Shown here piece after piece: positions 10,364-19,122 of a stretch of DNA of 32,000 nt. Location: the NCBI RefSeq assembly GCF_000013905.1, contig NC_007969.1:2820001-2852000 (forward strand), given 5' to 3'. The DNA is from Psychrobacter cryohalolentis K5 (GTDB lineage Bacteria; Pseudomonadota; Gammaproteobacteria; Pseudomonadales; Moraxellaceae). Positions within the stretch are counted from its first letter, which is position 1, and each line of letters starts with the position of its first letter. Position numbers and translations under genes: made by a program. The notes under the pieces were generated by a model that saw nothing but the letters and a program-made list of their open reading frames with translations, searched no databases and was not told where the DNA came from.

Positions 10364-11206
10364 ATGACTTCACCTGATTGGCTGGCTGCCGTAAATTTTA
10401 ATGCTGATGGTTTGATTCCTGCAATTGCACAAGATTATGTGTCAGGGCGTATTTTGATGATGGCTTGGATGAATGCCGAATCCCTACAATTAACCGCACA
10501 AACGCAGACGGCAGTGTATTTTTCGCGTTCGCGTGGCAAGTTATGGCATAAGGGCGAATCCTCTGGACATACCCAACGCGTACATGATATTCGTCTAGAT
10601 TGCGACGCCGATGTGATTGTCCTTAGCGTCACTCAAGTCGGTGGTATTGCTTGTCATACTGGGCGCGAGTCTTGTTTTTATCAGCGTTTGGATTTATCAG
10701 GGCAAACGCCTGCATGGCAAACCGTCGATAAGGTATTAAAAGATCCTGCTGATATTTATCATTCAAGCGATGCAGAAAAAGCCACTCCTAAAACTAATGA
10801 GACGCAGGCTCACGATGTAATCCCTTCAGATGCCAATACCAATGACACTACTAATCGCTCTATTTTGCAACAGCTTGACGGTGTATTGGCTGAGCGCAAG
10901 CATACGGATGCCGATAGCTCATATGTAGCAAGCTTATACGCCAAGGGTTTGAATAAAATCTTAGAAAAAGTTGGTGAAGAAAGTACAGAGAGCATCATCG
11001 CTGCCAAAGACTTTGCTAATTGCAATGAAAATACGGATAAAACCCAATATGACGAAGCGCGTCATGAGCTTATCTATGAAGTCGCTGATGTTTGGTTCCA
11101 TACTTTAGTAGGTTTGGCTTGGTTCGATATCGAATCAGAGGCAGTATTAAATGAGCTAGGTCGACGCTTTGGTCTCTCAGGTATTGATGAAAAGGCGGCT
11201 CGATAG
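10364..11206 (+). CDS. hisIE: Bifunctional phosphoribosyl-AMP cyclohydrolase / phosphoribosyl-ATP pyrophosphatase (HisI-HisE fusion)
   Basis: The N-terminal HisI domain (..[50 protein letters not shown]) and the C-terminal HisE domain ([42 protein letters not shown]....[10 protein letters not shown]) are joined by a polar low-complexity linker. Confidence 0.93.
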   Translation: MTSPDWLAAVNFNADGLIPAIAQDYVSGRILMMAWMNAESLQLTAQTQTAVYFSRSRGKLWHKGESSGHTQRVHDIRLDCDADVIVLSVTQVGGIACHTGRESCFYQRLDLSGQTPAWQTVDKVLKDPADIYHSSDAEKATPKTNETQAHDVIPSDANTNDTTNRSILQQLDGVLAERKHTDADSSYVASLYAKGLNKILEKVGEESTESIIAAKDFANCNENTDKTQYDEARHELIYEVADVWFHTLVGLAWFDIESEAVLNELGRRFGLSGIDEKAAR

Positions 11207-11258
11207 CGTTTTATAAGATTAGCCATTACCCTGTTTGATTATTGTTGCTTTCACCTTT

Positions 11259-11286
11259 TTGTCATAACAGCAGGTTATAATATAGT
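11259..11286 (+). promoter_or_regulatory. Candidate promoter of tatABC
   Basis: TTGTCA (11259-11264), 16-nt spacer, TATAGT (11281-11286), about 110 nt upstream of tatA. Confidence 0.35.
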
Positions 11287-11395
11287 GACGTGTCACTTCG
11301 CATAAGCGGTCGATAGCTTTTGTGTACGATCACAATATTCTATACACTCAACGTATTCCTATAAAGACTGAAAACCAAGACATAAGGATAGCATT

Positions 11396-11638
11396 ATGGG
11401 CAGTTTTTCCATTACGCATTGGCTGATTTTATTGGTGGTGGTGGTTGTCGTATTTGGCACCTCCAAACTGAGAAATGCTGGTAAAGATTTGGGCGGCGCG
11501 GTCAAAGGTTTTAAAGAAGCCGTCAAAGATGAAAATACTGAACATGCCAAAAAGCAAGTGGTGCTCGACCATGATGGCAACGCACACACTGAAGAGCGCC
11601 CAACAACCACTAAGGTTGATGACACGCATAATGTATAG
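11396..11638 (+). CDS. tatA: Twin-arginine translocase subunit TatA
   Basis: 80 aa. N-terminal TM segment followed by FG..KL...G.DLG.A.KGFK amphipathic helix. AAGGA RBS. Confidence 0.93.
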   Translation: MGSFSITHWLILLVVVVVVFGTSKLRNAGKDLGGAVKGFKEAVKDENTEHAKKQVVLDHDGNAHTEERPTTTKVDDTHNV

Positions 11639-11664
11639 CATCTAGACAGTGACATCGAAACATT

Positions 11665-12360
11665 ATGTTTGATATTGGGTTTTCTGAATTATTGCTTTTT
11701 GGCGTCATTGCCTTAATCGTCTTGGGGCCAGAAAAGCTGCCCCAAGCGGCGCGTACCGCTGGGCAATGGTATGCCAAAATTCGCCGCACGGTTTCTACTT
11801 TGCAATCTGAAATCGAAGCGGAACTTGACTTAGCTGAGACGCGCCAGCAAATGCAAAAAGAGCTGGCCAAAATTCGCCAGACTGAAGCAGAAATGCGCCG
11901 TGAAATGGCAGAAATGCGCGGCAGTATGCAAGAGTTTGAATCCTCGAAAAACCAGCATTTAAAGGCATCACGTGATCTAGTCGATGATGCTAAGCCAAGG
12001 CAAAGTAGCCAAGGCAGTAGTGAGAATGATGATAATCGACCAGTGAGTCCAAAATCCTTTGACTATGCCTACGATAATAATAGACAGGCTGAGAAACCAG
12101 AAAGCTCTGAGCAGCCATCGGCACAAGGTGATAACGACAGTCTAAAAACTGACTTTAATGATAACGCCAATCCAGTGATTCAAACCATCACAACTAGACC
12201 ATGGGAAAACATGTGGTTTCGTCTTGGTGCTTATGATAAAGCGCGTCGTTTGCCGCAACCGCCCTACTTACCAAATTATAAAGCCGATATCTTACTAAAC
12301 AGCCATATAGACAGTCTTTTACCTAAACAGGCTTCTGTTAATGAGCAGGAGAGTCATTAG
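11665..12360 (+). CDS. tatB: Twin-arginine translocase subunit TatB
   Basis: MFDIGFSELLLFGVIALIVLGPEKLPQAART.G.W is the canonical TatB N-terminus, followed by a long polar C-terminal tail. Confidence 0.92.
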   Translation: MFDIGFSELLLFGVIALIVLGPEKLPQAARTAGQWYAKIRRTVSTLQSEIEAELDLAETRQQMQKELAKIRQTEAEMRREMAEMRGSMQEFESSKNQHLKASRDLVDDAKPRQSSQGSSENDDNRPVSPKSFDYAYDNNRQAEKPESSEQPSAQGDNDSLKTDFNDNANPVIQTITTRPWENMWFRLGAYDKARRLPQPPYLPNYKADILLNSHIDSLLPKQASVNEQESH

Positions 12361-13244
12361 TGGGCTTATTTAAACGTAAAAAAAGCCGTCAAGAAAAAGT
12401 CACGGATTCAGATATCGATATTTCAACAGCTACCATTGATGGTAATGTCAACAGCAATACTGAGGACTCTGGCGATATCCTAAGCTCACTTGGTGATATG
12501 CCCATTACTGAGCACTTAATTGACCTACGTAGACATCTCATAAAGATATGCGTCGCGGTACTGGTAATATTTTTAGCCTTGGTCGGATTTTCACGCGAGC
12601 TCTATGATTTTTTGTCCAACCCATTGGTTGCCCAGTTGCCTGCCAACTCAACGATGATCGCGACGGATATCACCTCTAACTTTATGGCACCGATACGCCT
12701 GACTGTCTTTGTCGCTGCATTCTTTGCAATGCCCTACATTTTGTATCAAATCTGGTCGTTTGTCGCACCCGGTTTATATAAAAAAGAGAAAAAAATCGCC
12801 ATTCCCGTTTTAATGTCCTCTATATTTTTATTTTATGCGGGTGTGGCTTTCTCTTATTTTATTGTCCTTAAAGGCGTTCTCAAATTCTTTATTATGTTCG
12901 CGCCGCAGAACGTCTTGCCGATGACCGACATCGACAGTTATTTAAGTTTTGCACTCAAACTCTTTATGGTATTTGGTTTAACCTTTGAGATTCCAGTCGT
13001 CACCTTGCTATTGATATTGACTCGTGTCGTCTCCATTCAGAGCTTAGAAGATAAACGCCGTTATATTATTGTCGGCTGTTTTGCCGTTGCTGCGGTCGTT
13101 ACACCGCCTGATGGGGTGTCGATGTTGATGCTCGCCATTCCGATGTGGCTACTATTTGAGCTAGGATTATTTTTAGCAAAAATTTTAATTAAAGAAGAAC
13201 ATAGTCCTACCTTAGCAAGCGATACAGGGTTAAATAAAGAATAA
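12360..13244 (+). CDS. tatC: Twin-arginine translocase subunit TatC
   Basis: The TatC core (ITEHLIDLRRHL.., six TM segments, P.DG..ML.LAIPMWLLFE) aligns to E. coli TatC. GTG 12360 overlaps the tatB stop (TAGTG) and has AGGAGA 7 nt upstream. An alternative start at ATG 12498 would remove a 46-aa polar N-terminal extension. Confidence 0.9.
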   Translation: MGLFKRKKSRQEKVTDSDIDISTATIDGNVNSNTEDSGDILSSLGDMPITEHLIDLRRHLIKICVAVLVIFLALVGFSRELYDFLSNPLVAQLPANSTMIATDITSNFMAPIRLTVFVAAFFAMPYILYQIWSFVAPGLYKKEKKIAIPVLMSSIFLFYAGVAFSYFIVLKGVLKFFIMFAPQNVLPMTDIDSYLSFALKLFMVFGLTFEIPVVTLLLILTRVVSIQSLEDKRRYIIVGCFAVAAVVTPPDGVSMLMLAIPMWLLFELGLFLAKILIKEEHSPTLASDTGLNKE

Positions 13245-13389
13245 CATCACTAATCAGACACTTATTCCAAAAACAGCCAATGCGCTAATCTGTTAATATA
13301 ACCAGCTTATTTGTACCTTTATTTTCTATCCGTTTTTTTATTATTGTCATGTGCACTTGCAAGTATTTTGCAATTTCATATGACGAGCC

Positions 13390-13417
13390 AGCCATTGTCT
13401 ATGCAGTGGCTTTTTTT
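13390..13417 (+). terminator. Intrinsic terminator after tatC
   Basis: 8-bp stem agccattg / cagtggct (one G-U pair), loop tctatg, followed by T7 (13411-13417). Confidence 0.7.
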
Positions 13418-13462
13418 ACCCCCGTCATTTTTGATCCGTTTTACTCTTTTAGGTAATTTTTT

Positions 13463-14962
13463 ATGTCCGCATCTATGCCAGCTTATATGAGCGATCCCAC
13501 TGATGAGCAACTGAGCGCGCTCAACATGGCGATGGACCACAAGTCATTTAAAGTGGTGGCGTATGCGGGTGCTGGTAAAACGACGACCTTAAAACTGATT
13601 GGTGAGCGTTTGCGTGGACGTGGCTTATATTTAGCTTTTAACAAAACAATTGCCAATGACGCTCGTTCAAAGTTTCCACCCCATGTGGAATGTCGCACTT
13701 TTCATTCGCTTGCCTATCGTCATGTCGCCCGTGATATCACTGCTAAGCTGTCGTTGCCGCGTTTTTCACCCAAACGTCTGGGTGATGATTTGGGTTTGCA
13801 GCCCGTCCAAGTGCGTCGGCAAATGGATGGTATAAACAAATATATTACCCTGACTCCAGCCCGATTATCGCGTTTTGTCAGTGACGCCGTCAGCAGTTTT
13901 TGTAGTACGCATGCCAGCTACCCTGCACCAAGGCATATTGAATTTCCAAGCTGGCTCGATGAGTCAGATGCCGAACAGTTGCGTGAAATGCTCTACCCTG
14001 CCGTTGAGCAACGCTGGCTACAGTCGATTGATGCACGTCACCCTGCTGGTATCGGGCATGATATTTATCTGAAGCTTTGGGCATTATCGAAGCCAAGCAT
14101 TCCAGCGGATTTTATTTTGTTTGATGAAGCCCAAGATGCCGATCCATTGATGATGGGAATCTTGACCCAGCAGCCACGGCAAGTGATTTATGTAGGTGAC
14201 GCTCATCAGCAGATTTATGAATGGCGCGGCGCAGTCAATGCAATGAAAAAGTTGCCATTACCGCAAACATTATTGACGCAGTCTTTTCGCTTTGGCGAAC
14301 CGATTGCTGAAATTGCCAACACCTTACTCAAAGCATTGCAAGAAGATGTCCCGTTAAAAGGCAATCCGAATAAGCAATCCTCCACCGACAAAGGCATGGT
14401 ACACAGTAAAAAAGACGCCATTCTATGTCGCACCAATGCTGCTGCGATGTCGCAACTATTGACTGGACTCAAGCTCGGTCACCGCGTGGCGCTACAAGCT
14501 GATACCGATCGTATGCTTAAATTTTGTCAGGCCGCCGAAAACTTAAAAAATGGCAAATCGGCGTATGGCGTGCCCGAGCTAGCGTATTTTTATAATTGGG
14601 GTGACGTTCAAGAGTATTCTGAAACTAATGAAGGCAGTGATCTAAAAACTCTGGTGAAATTGGTCGATGATCATGGCACCAATGTCCTGAGCCAAGCAGT
14701 GAACAGCCTCACCAGTATCGAGAATGCTGACTATGTCATCTCCACTGCCCATAAGGCGAAAGGGCTCGAATGGGGAAAAGTGCAGCTGGACGATGACTTT
14801 TATTATGATGTCACCACCAATGCCGTCAAGATAAGCCCAGAAGAATTGCGTTTGCTCTACGTTGCTTGTACACGTGCGCAGAGTAATTTGGACATCCATA
14901 ATATCAAAGACTTGATATCAGGCTTACAGACAGGCAAAAAAGTTATTTTTGGTAATACTTAA
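13463..14962 (+). CDS. Compact superfamily-1 (UvrD/Rep-like) DNA helicase, specific function unknown
   Basis: Walker A AYAGAGKTTTL, motif II ILFDEAQDADP, motif III YVGDAHQQIYEWRGA, QSFRFG, motif VI STAHKAKGLEWGKV, LLYVACTRA. At 499 aa it is about 200 aa shorter than UvrD/Rep and has no recognisable accessory domain. Confidence 0.85.
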   Translation: MSASMPAYMSDPTDEQLSALNMAMDHKSFKVVAYAGAGKTTTLKLIGERLRGRGLYLAFNKTIANDARSKFPPHVECRTFHSLAYRHVARDITAKLSLPRFSPKRLGDDLGLQPVQVRRQMDGINKYITLTPARLSRFVSDAVSSFCSTHASYPAPRHIEFPSWLDESDAEQLREMLYPAVEQRWLQSIDARHPAGIGHDIYLKLWALSKPSIPADFILFDEAQDADPLMMGILTQQPRQVIYVGDAHQQIYEWRGAVNAMKKLPLPQTLLTQSFRFGEPIAEIANTLLKALQEDVPLKGNPNKQSSTDKGMVHSKKDAILCRTNAAAMSQLLTGLKLGHRVALQADTDRMLKFCQAAENLKNGKSAYGVPELAYFYNWGDVQEYSETNEGSDLKTLVKLVDDHGTNVLSQAVNSLTSIENADYVISTAHKAKGLEWGKVQLDDDFYYDVTTNAVKISPEELRLLYVACTRAQSNLDIHNIKDLISGLQTGKKVIFGNT

Positions 14963-15066
14963 TCTTCCTAACTTAATCAATCTTTGTATTTGCCACTCTA
15001 AACCTCTAGCCTATCTTTCTTTATGGCAACCTTTTAATAGCACCCTTTTAGCAGTGAACAACAAGC

Positions 15067-16089
15067 ATGAATAATAGTCAGCAACTTCAAATACGTCAGA
15101 AAACAATACAAAATCTATTTGCCAATCCTGTCCGACTCCTTGCACCAATGGAAGGTTTGACCGACCCGTTAATGCGGCAAATCCTCACGCAAATTGCATC
15201 AGACTTGGGTCGCCCTTATGATTGGTCGGTTAGCGAATTTATCCGTGTGACTCAGCATGTCTTACCCGCGCATGTATTCTATAAATACGTTCCAGAATTG
15301 CGTCATGATGCCAAGACTGCCTGTGGCACACCGATTCATATCCAGTTGCTCGGTAGTGAAGCGCAACTCATGGCAGACAATGCGGCATATGCCTGTGCGC
15401 TTGGTGCACCTGCCATTGATATCAACTTTGGTTGTCCTGCCAAAACTGTCAATAGCCACCGTGGTGGTTCGGTATTACTGGATGAACCCGAAACCATGTA
15501 TCAGATTATCAGCGCGGTGCGTCAAGCGGTACCTGCCGACATTCCAGTCTCAGCCAAAATTCGTTTAGGTTATACCGATACCAGTCTCATGGATGATATT
15601 CGCGGCGCGATTAAAGACAGTGGTGCTGATTGGCTAACTGTTCATGCACGAACCAAAACCCAAGGCTATAAGCCGCCAGCCTATTGGGACAAGATTCAAA
15701 GCTTTAATGCGCTTGATATTCCCGTCATTGCCAATGGCGAAATATGGAATGCAGAGCACGCACAAAATTGTATGACGCAATCGGGTACAGAGCATTTGAT
15801 GTTGGGTCGCGGTGCAGTTACCCGTCCCGACTTAATTGCACAGGTTGATAGAGAACATAGTCAGACTTTAAATAATGAAACAACATTGTTATGGCAAGAC
15901 CTGATTGCGCATCAGATTAAATTTTTGCAAGGCACGGCAAAAAGCGACATTGTATTGGTCGGTCGTTATAAACAATGGTTAGCGATGCTCACCAAAGGCT
16001 ATAGCGAGGCGAAGATATTATGGGACAGTATTAAAAGAGAGAAAAATAAAGCAGCTATCATTAGCGCACTACAAATGAGTGCACAGTAA
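15067..16089 (+). CDS. dusC: tRNA-dihydrouridine(16) synthase DusC
   Basis: LLAPMEGLTD, NFGCPAKTVN, VSAKIRLG, TVHARTK.QGYKPPA.W, IPVIANGEIWNAEHAQNCM and LGRGA closely parallel E. coli DusC. Confidence 0.88.
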   Translation: MNNSQQLQIRQKTIQNLFANPVRLLAPMEGLTDPLMRQILTQIASDLGRPYDWSVSEFIRVTQHVLPAHVFYKYVPELRHDAKTACGTPIHIQLLGSEAQLMADNAAYACALGAPAIDINFGCPAKTVNSHRGGSVLLDEPETMYQIISAVRQAVPADIPVSAKIRLGYTDTSLMDDIRGAIKDSGADWLTVHARTKTQGYKPPAYWDKIQSFNALDIPVIANGEIWNAEHAQNCMTQSGTEHLMLGRGAVTRPDLIAQVDREHSQTLNNETTLLWQDLIAHQIKFLQGTAKSDIVLVGRYKQWLAMLTKGYSEAKILWDSIKREKNKAAIISALQMSAQ

Positions 16090-16138
16090 CGTTAGCTGCT
16101 TTTATCTTATAAGCATTAGTTTTTTCAATCAGCTGCTA

Positions 16139-16567
16139 CTATACACTGACTCGAATAGCTAAATAAAAGAGCATGAGACAGCAGGCAATAGAAAGACCCC
16201 AGAGGATAGAGCGGAACATCGCCAAATTAGTGATGTAAGCCACGCAAAAACCAATGCGAATGAACACGTATAGCCAAGCCAATGTATTTACAATCAGCTG
16301 TGGCACAAAAAACAGCATCGCTGCCAAGACTGCAGCTAAGAATACCGGTAAAGTCTCATAGCTATTCTCCTGCGCGGCATTAGCACGTGCAGCAGCGCCC
16401 GTCGTACCTTGTAAAAAATCACGTGGATGGGCATTGTCAGCCAAATTAAAGCCGCCGAGCATTTTTGCAGTCAATGCCATTGTTAATGGCAACAGACTTG
16501 CCACTACCATTGCCCAAATGGCTGACGATGCAGTATCAGAGACCAATCCTAAGAATAAATTCATCAA
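16139..16567 (-). CDS. MAPEG-family integral membrane protein
   Basis: 142 aa with about 4 TM segments. The ..HPRDF....G.AARANAAQ.NSYE.LP.F motif is typical of bacterial MAPEG (YecN-like) proteins. It starts 11 nt after the stop of the upstream OsmC-family gene. Confidence 0.7.
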   Translation of the reverse strand: MMNLFLGLVSDTASSAIWAMVVASLLPLTMALTAKMLGGFNLADNAHPRDFLQGTTGAAARANAAQENSYETLPVFLAAVLAAMLFFVPQLIVNTLAWLYVFIRIGFCVAYITNLAMFRSILWGLSIACCLMLFYLAIRVSV

Positions 16568-16578
16568 TATACTCGCCT

Positions 16579-16992
16579 TTATCCTGCGATAACTTCAAAG
16601 TCATGCGTCACATTGACCCCGCCTTGCACCAACATACGACTGGCTGAGCAGTATTTTTCTGCAGATAATTTAATGGCTTTTTCTACTTGGCTGTCTTTGA
16701 CGTCTTGACCGGTCACGACAAAATGCATATGAATATCAGTATAGACAGCCGGTACGGTTTCGGCACGTTGAGCAGTCAGCTCACAACGTACGTCAGTCAC
16801 ATTTTGACGCGATTTCTGCAAAATCGCCACCACATCATAGCTAGCACAACCTCCAAGCCCTAGTAGAATCAGCTCCATTGGACTGGCGCCTTTTTCTTTA
16901 TCAGCATCGATTTGTACATTATGACCTGACGGTGATACGCCCATAAAAGCTTTGTTTTCTTGCCACGTGACACTTGCTTTAGATTCTGACAT
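16579..16992 (-). CDS. OsmC/Ohr-family protein (putative peroxiredoxin/redox protein)
   Basis: 137 aa. SPMELILLGLGGCASYDVV and ..KYCSAS.. carry the two conserved Cys positions of the OsmC family. Confidence 0.8.
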   Translation of the reverse strand: MSESKASVTWQENKAFMGVSPSGHNVQIDADKEKGASPMELILLGLGGCASYDVVAILQKSRQNVTDVRCELTAQRAETVPAVYTDIHMHFVVTGQDVKDSQVEKAIKLSAEKYCSASRMLVQGGVNVTHDFEVIAG

Positions 16993-17481
16993 TTTTAATG
17001 TTCCTTGTTTTATTTAATAATAGGTTCTTATTTGTTCGATATTATTGGTTCAATATATAAGAATAACTTTATCGATTTAATACTTTATCGTTGATTAAGA
17101 TAAGCAAAATATGACTAGTGTAGCATAAGCTAAAACCCGCATTAATGAATCAAAAACTCGTATTATTACTTATATTATTAAGTAAGCACTTATAACGATA
17201 AGACACTAAAGCAAAAACTTTGACAACAAAATAACTTAGCTAAAAAATATACAAAAGTCTGCTTAAATATCTTTATATAACCTCTTGATTTTAAATCATT
17301 AAAGCTGTGAAACATTTTATAGCAAAATACTGTTACACATTTTGCTCTTTTCTTGGTTTAATGATGGTAATGAATCTTATTTTGCCAAAGTATCGATAGC
17401 AATCACCCTATAATAATTATGATTGCTGTCACTGTGCCTTGTTGAAATAAGCTATTTTTAAACATTTTAAAAGGTTACGTC

Positions 17482-18003
17482 ATGATAGATGCAGACGGCT
17501 TTCGCGCCAATGTCGGCATCATCTTGGCAAATACACAAGGGCAAGTTCTGTGGGCAAAACGTATTGGTCACAACGCTTGGCAGTTCCCTCAAGGCGGTAT
17601 CGACCGTGGGGAGACGCCGATGGATGCGATGTATCGCGAGCTCTGGGAAGAGGTCGGTCTACATCCGCGTCATGTCGATTTGCTAGCGGTTACGCAAGAT
17701 TGGTTGCGTTATCGTCTGCCAAAACGCTATGTGCGTCATGGGCAGTACCCTTTATGTATTGGGCAAAAACAGAAATGGTTTTTGCTACGCTTAGATGAGC
17801 CAAATACCCAACACATCCGCTTTGATGAGGGAAAACCAGAGTTTGATAACTGGCAATGGGTCAGCTACTGGTATCCACTTGGACAAGTGATTCACTTTAA
17901 ACGCAGCGTATATCGTCGCGCCTTGCAAGAATTGGTGCCCGAGCTACCGCTTCAACAAGGGCTTATTATTCCGGAACAAAACAACCATTTGTTGGTGGAA
18001 TAA
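17482..18003 (+). CDS. rppH: RNA pyrophosphohydrolase (Nudix)
   Basis: [15 protein letters not shown]......WAKR.G...[10 protein letters not shown]....AMYREL.EEVGL is the RppH/NudH N-terminus with the Nudix box. Confidence 0.92.
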   Translation: MIDADGFRANVGIILANTQGQVLWAKRIGHNAWQFPQGGIDRGETPMDAMYRELWEEVGLHPRHVDLLAVTQDWLRYRLPKRYVRHGQYPLCIGQKQKWFLLRLDEPNTQHIRFDEGKPEFDNWQWVSYWYPLGQVIHFKRSVYRRALQELVPELPLQQGLIIPEQNNHLLVE

Positions 18004-18040
18004 AGTCACCAATTTTTAATGCAATTAGCACAATAACAAA

Positions 18041-18080
18041 TACCGTTAGTGATATTTAATATTACTAACGGTATTTTTTT
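18041..18080 (+). terminator. Intrinsic terminator after rppH
   Basis: 14-bp stem taccgttagtgata / tattactaacggta (one G-U pair), 5-nt loop, followed by T7 (18074-18080). Confidence 0.75.
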
Positions 18081-18100
18081 CACTGGATTTTTCTTAATAG

Positions 18101-18925
18101 CTAATGAGTACATTCACGGCTGACGATTTCAGCTTGAATGCCTGAATCTTTAATAGTATTTCGCCGTAACGTTAAAATACTTTGTGTCCTTGTACCGTAG
18201 CTTGGCACGGCATTATTGGTAGTCTCCTTACTAGCAACGCCAGTAAGATTGGCGCCTTCAATATAAATCGAAGACAGCGATTGCTCTATTTTGATATCGA
18301 TACCAGTATTTGGTAACTCTTCTTCTGGTGCTTGAGTATTATCGGACAATACCTTAAAAGCAGCGTCTTGCCAGTATTCAAAATCACTATTTTCGCTAAT
18401 TAATGGCAATATTTCTTGACGTAACCTGCCACGCAAACGCTCTGTCTTAAACCAACCCTCTTCTGGCTGACCATTAGAGAATACGTGCAAGCCTCCATAT
18501 AAGGGTGTTGGTGCATGACCACGGTTATTAACGACAACCGCTTGCTTGCTATCGCCGACAATCAAATTAAACCCAGCATATTCTTGCAGACTGATTTTCC
18601 GTGCAAATTCCATCGGGCTTAAGCAACTGGTCAAAAAATCAGCGACCAATTCACCACGTGAGCGCTCATCATTACTTGCCTGCACACCATCGCGAAAGTT
18701 CAATACTGCCGCCCAGCGACCATTTTGCTTATAAAAGTCAGCATGCTGCTCTTGATGAATTCCTAACCACGTACCGCCACTTTGCGCATCGCGCCCTGCA
18801 AAAATGGGCTTATCTTCCCATTGATGTAGTGGTTCTGTGGGGCGCTGTAAAAACTCATCGCGATTGGACAATAAAACCAAAGGCAGCTCATCAAATAACT
18901 GCCAAGCAATGGCGACAATACACAT
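18101..18925 (-). CDS. NRDE-family (TANGO2-like, DUF833) protein
   Basis: N-terminal MCIVAIAW.....PLVLLSNRDEF signature (N-terminal Cys plus NRDE motif). 274 aa, typical for the family. Confidence 0.8.
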   Translation of the reverse strand: MCIVAIAWQLFDELPLVLLSNRDEFLQRPTEPLHQWEDKPIFAGRDAQSGGTWLGIHQEQHADFYKQNGRWAAVLNFRDGVQASNDERSRGELVADFLTSCLSPMEFARKISLQEYAGFNLIVGDSKQAVVVNNRGHAPTPLYGGLHVFSNGQPEEGWFKTERLRGRLRQEILPLISENSDFEYWQDAAFKVLSDNTQAPEEELPNTGIDIKIEQSLSSIYIEGANLTGVASKETTNNAVPSYGTRTQSILTLRRNTIKDSGIQAEIVSRECTH

Positions 18926-18993
18926 AGAATTCCTTTTATATGATTGTTATATAGTCATTTCAATATAAAATAGGCTCGTTCAAAATAGGGTTA

Positions 18994-19063
18994 TGCTGGG
19001 ATAAATTTTCCTCGCTTGCTATGCGCTTCGCACTCCAGAGGCTTCATAAAATTTATCCCAGCA
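18994..19063. repeat. 16-bp perfect inverted repeat with 38-nt spacer (REP/MITE-like element or long hairpin)
   Basis: tgctgggataaatttt (18994-19009) and aaaatttatcccagca (19048-19063) are exact reverse complements. An inner cctc/gagg pairing is also possible. The element lies between two same-strand genes. Confidence 0.7.
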
Positions 19064-19122
19064 GCATTCCCATCAGGATTGTATTTTTTAAATTGAATCG
19101 ATTATATGGTTCTGATTTAACA

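Noticed and set aside
11359-11870. Minus-strand ORFs of 98, 70 and 86 aa overlapping tatA and tatB
   Set aside because: They overlap canonical tatA and tatB on the opposite strand. They have no start context and an artefactual composition.
13349-13456. 36-codon plus-strand ORF (MCTCKYFAISYDEPAIVYAVAFFTPVIFDPFYSFR*) between tatC and the helicase gene
   Set aside because: It has no RBS and reads straight through the tatC intrinsic terminator, so it is most likely a chance ORF.
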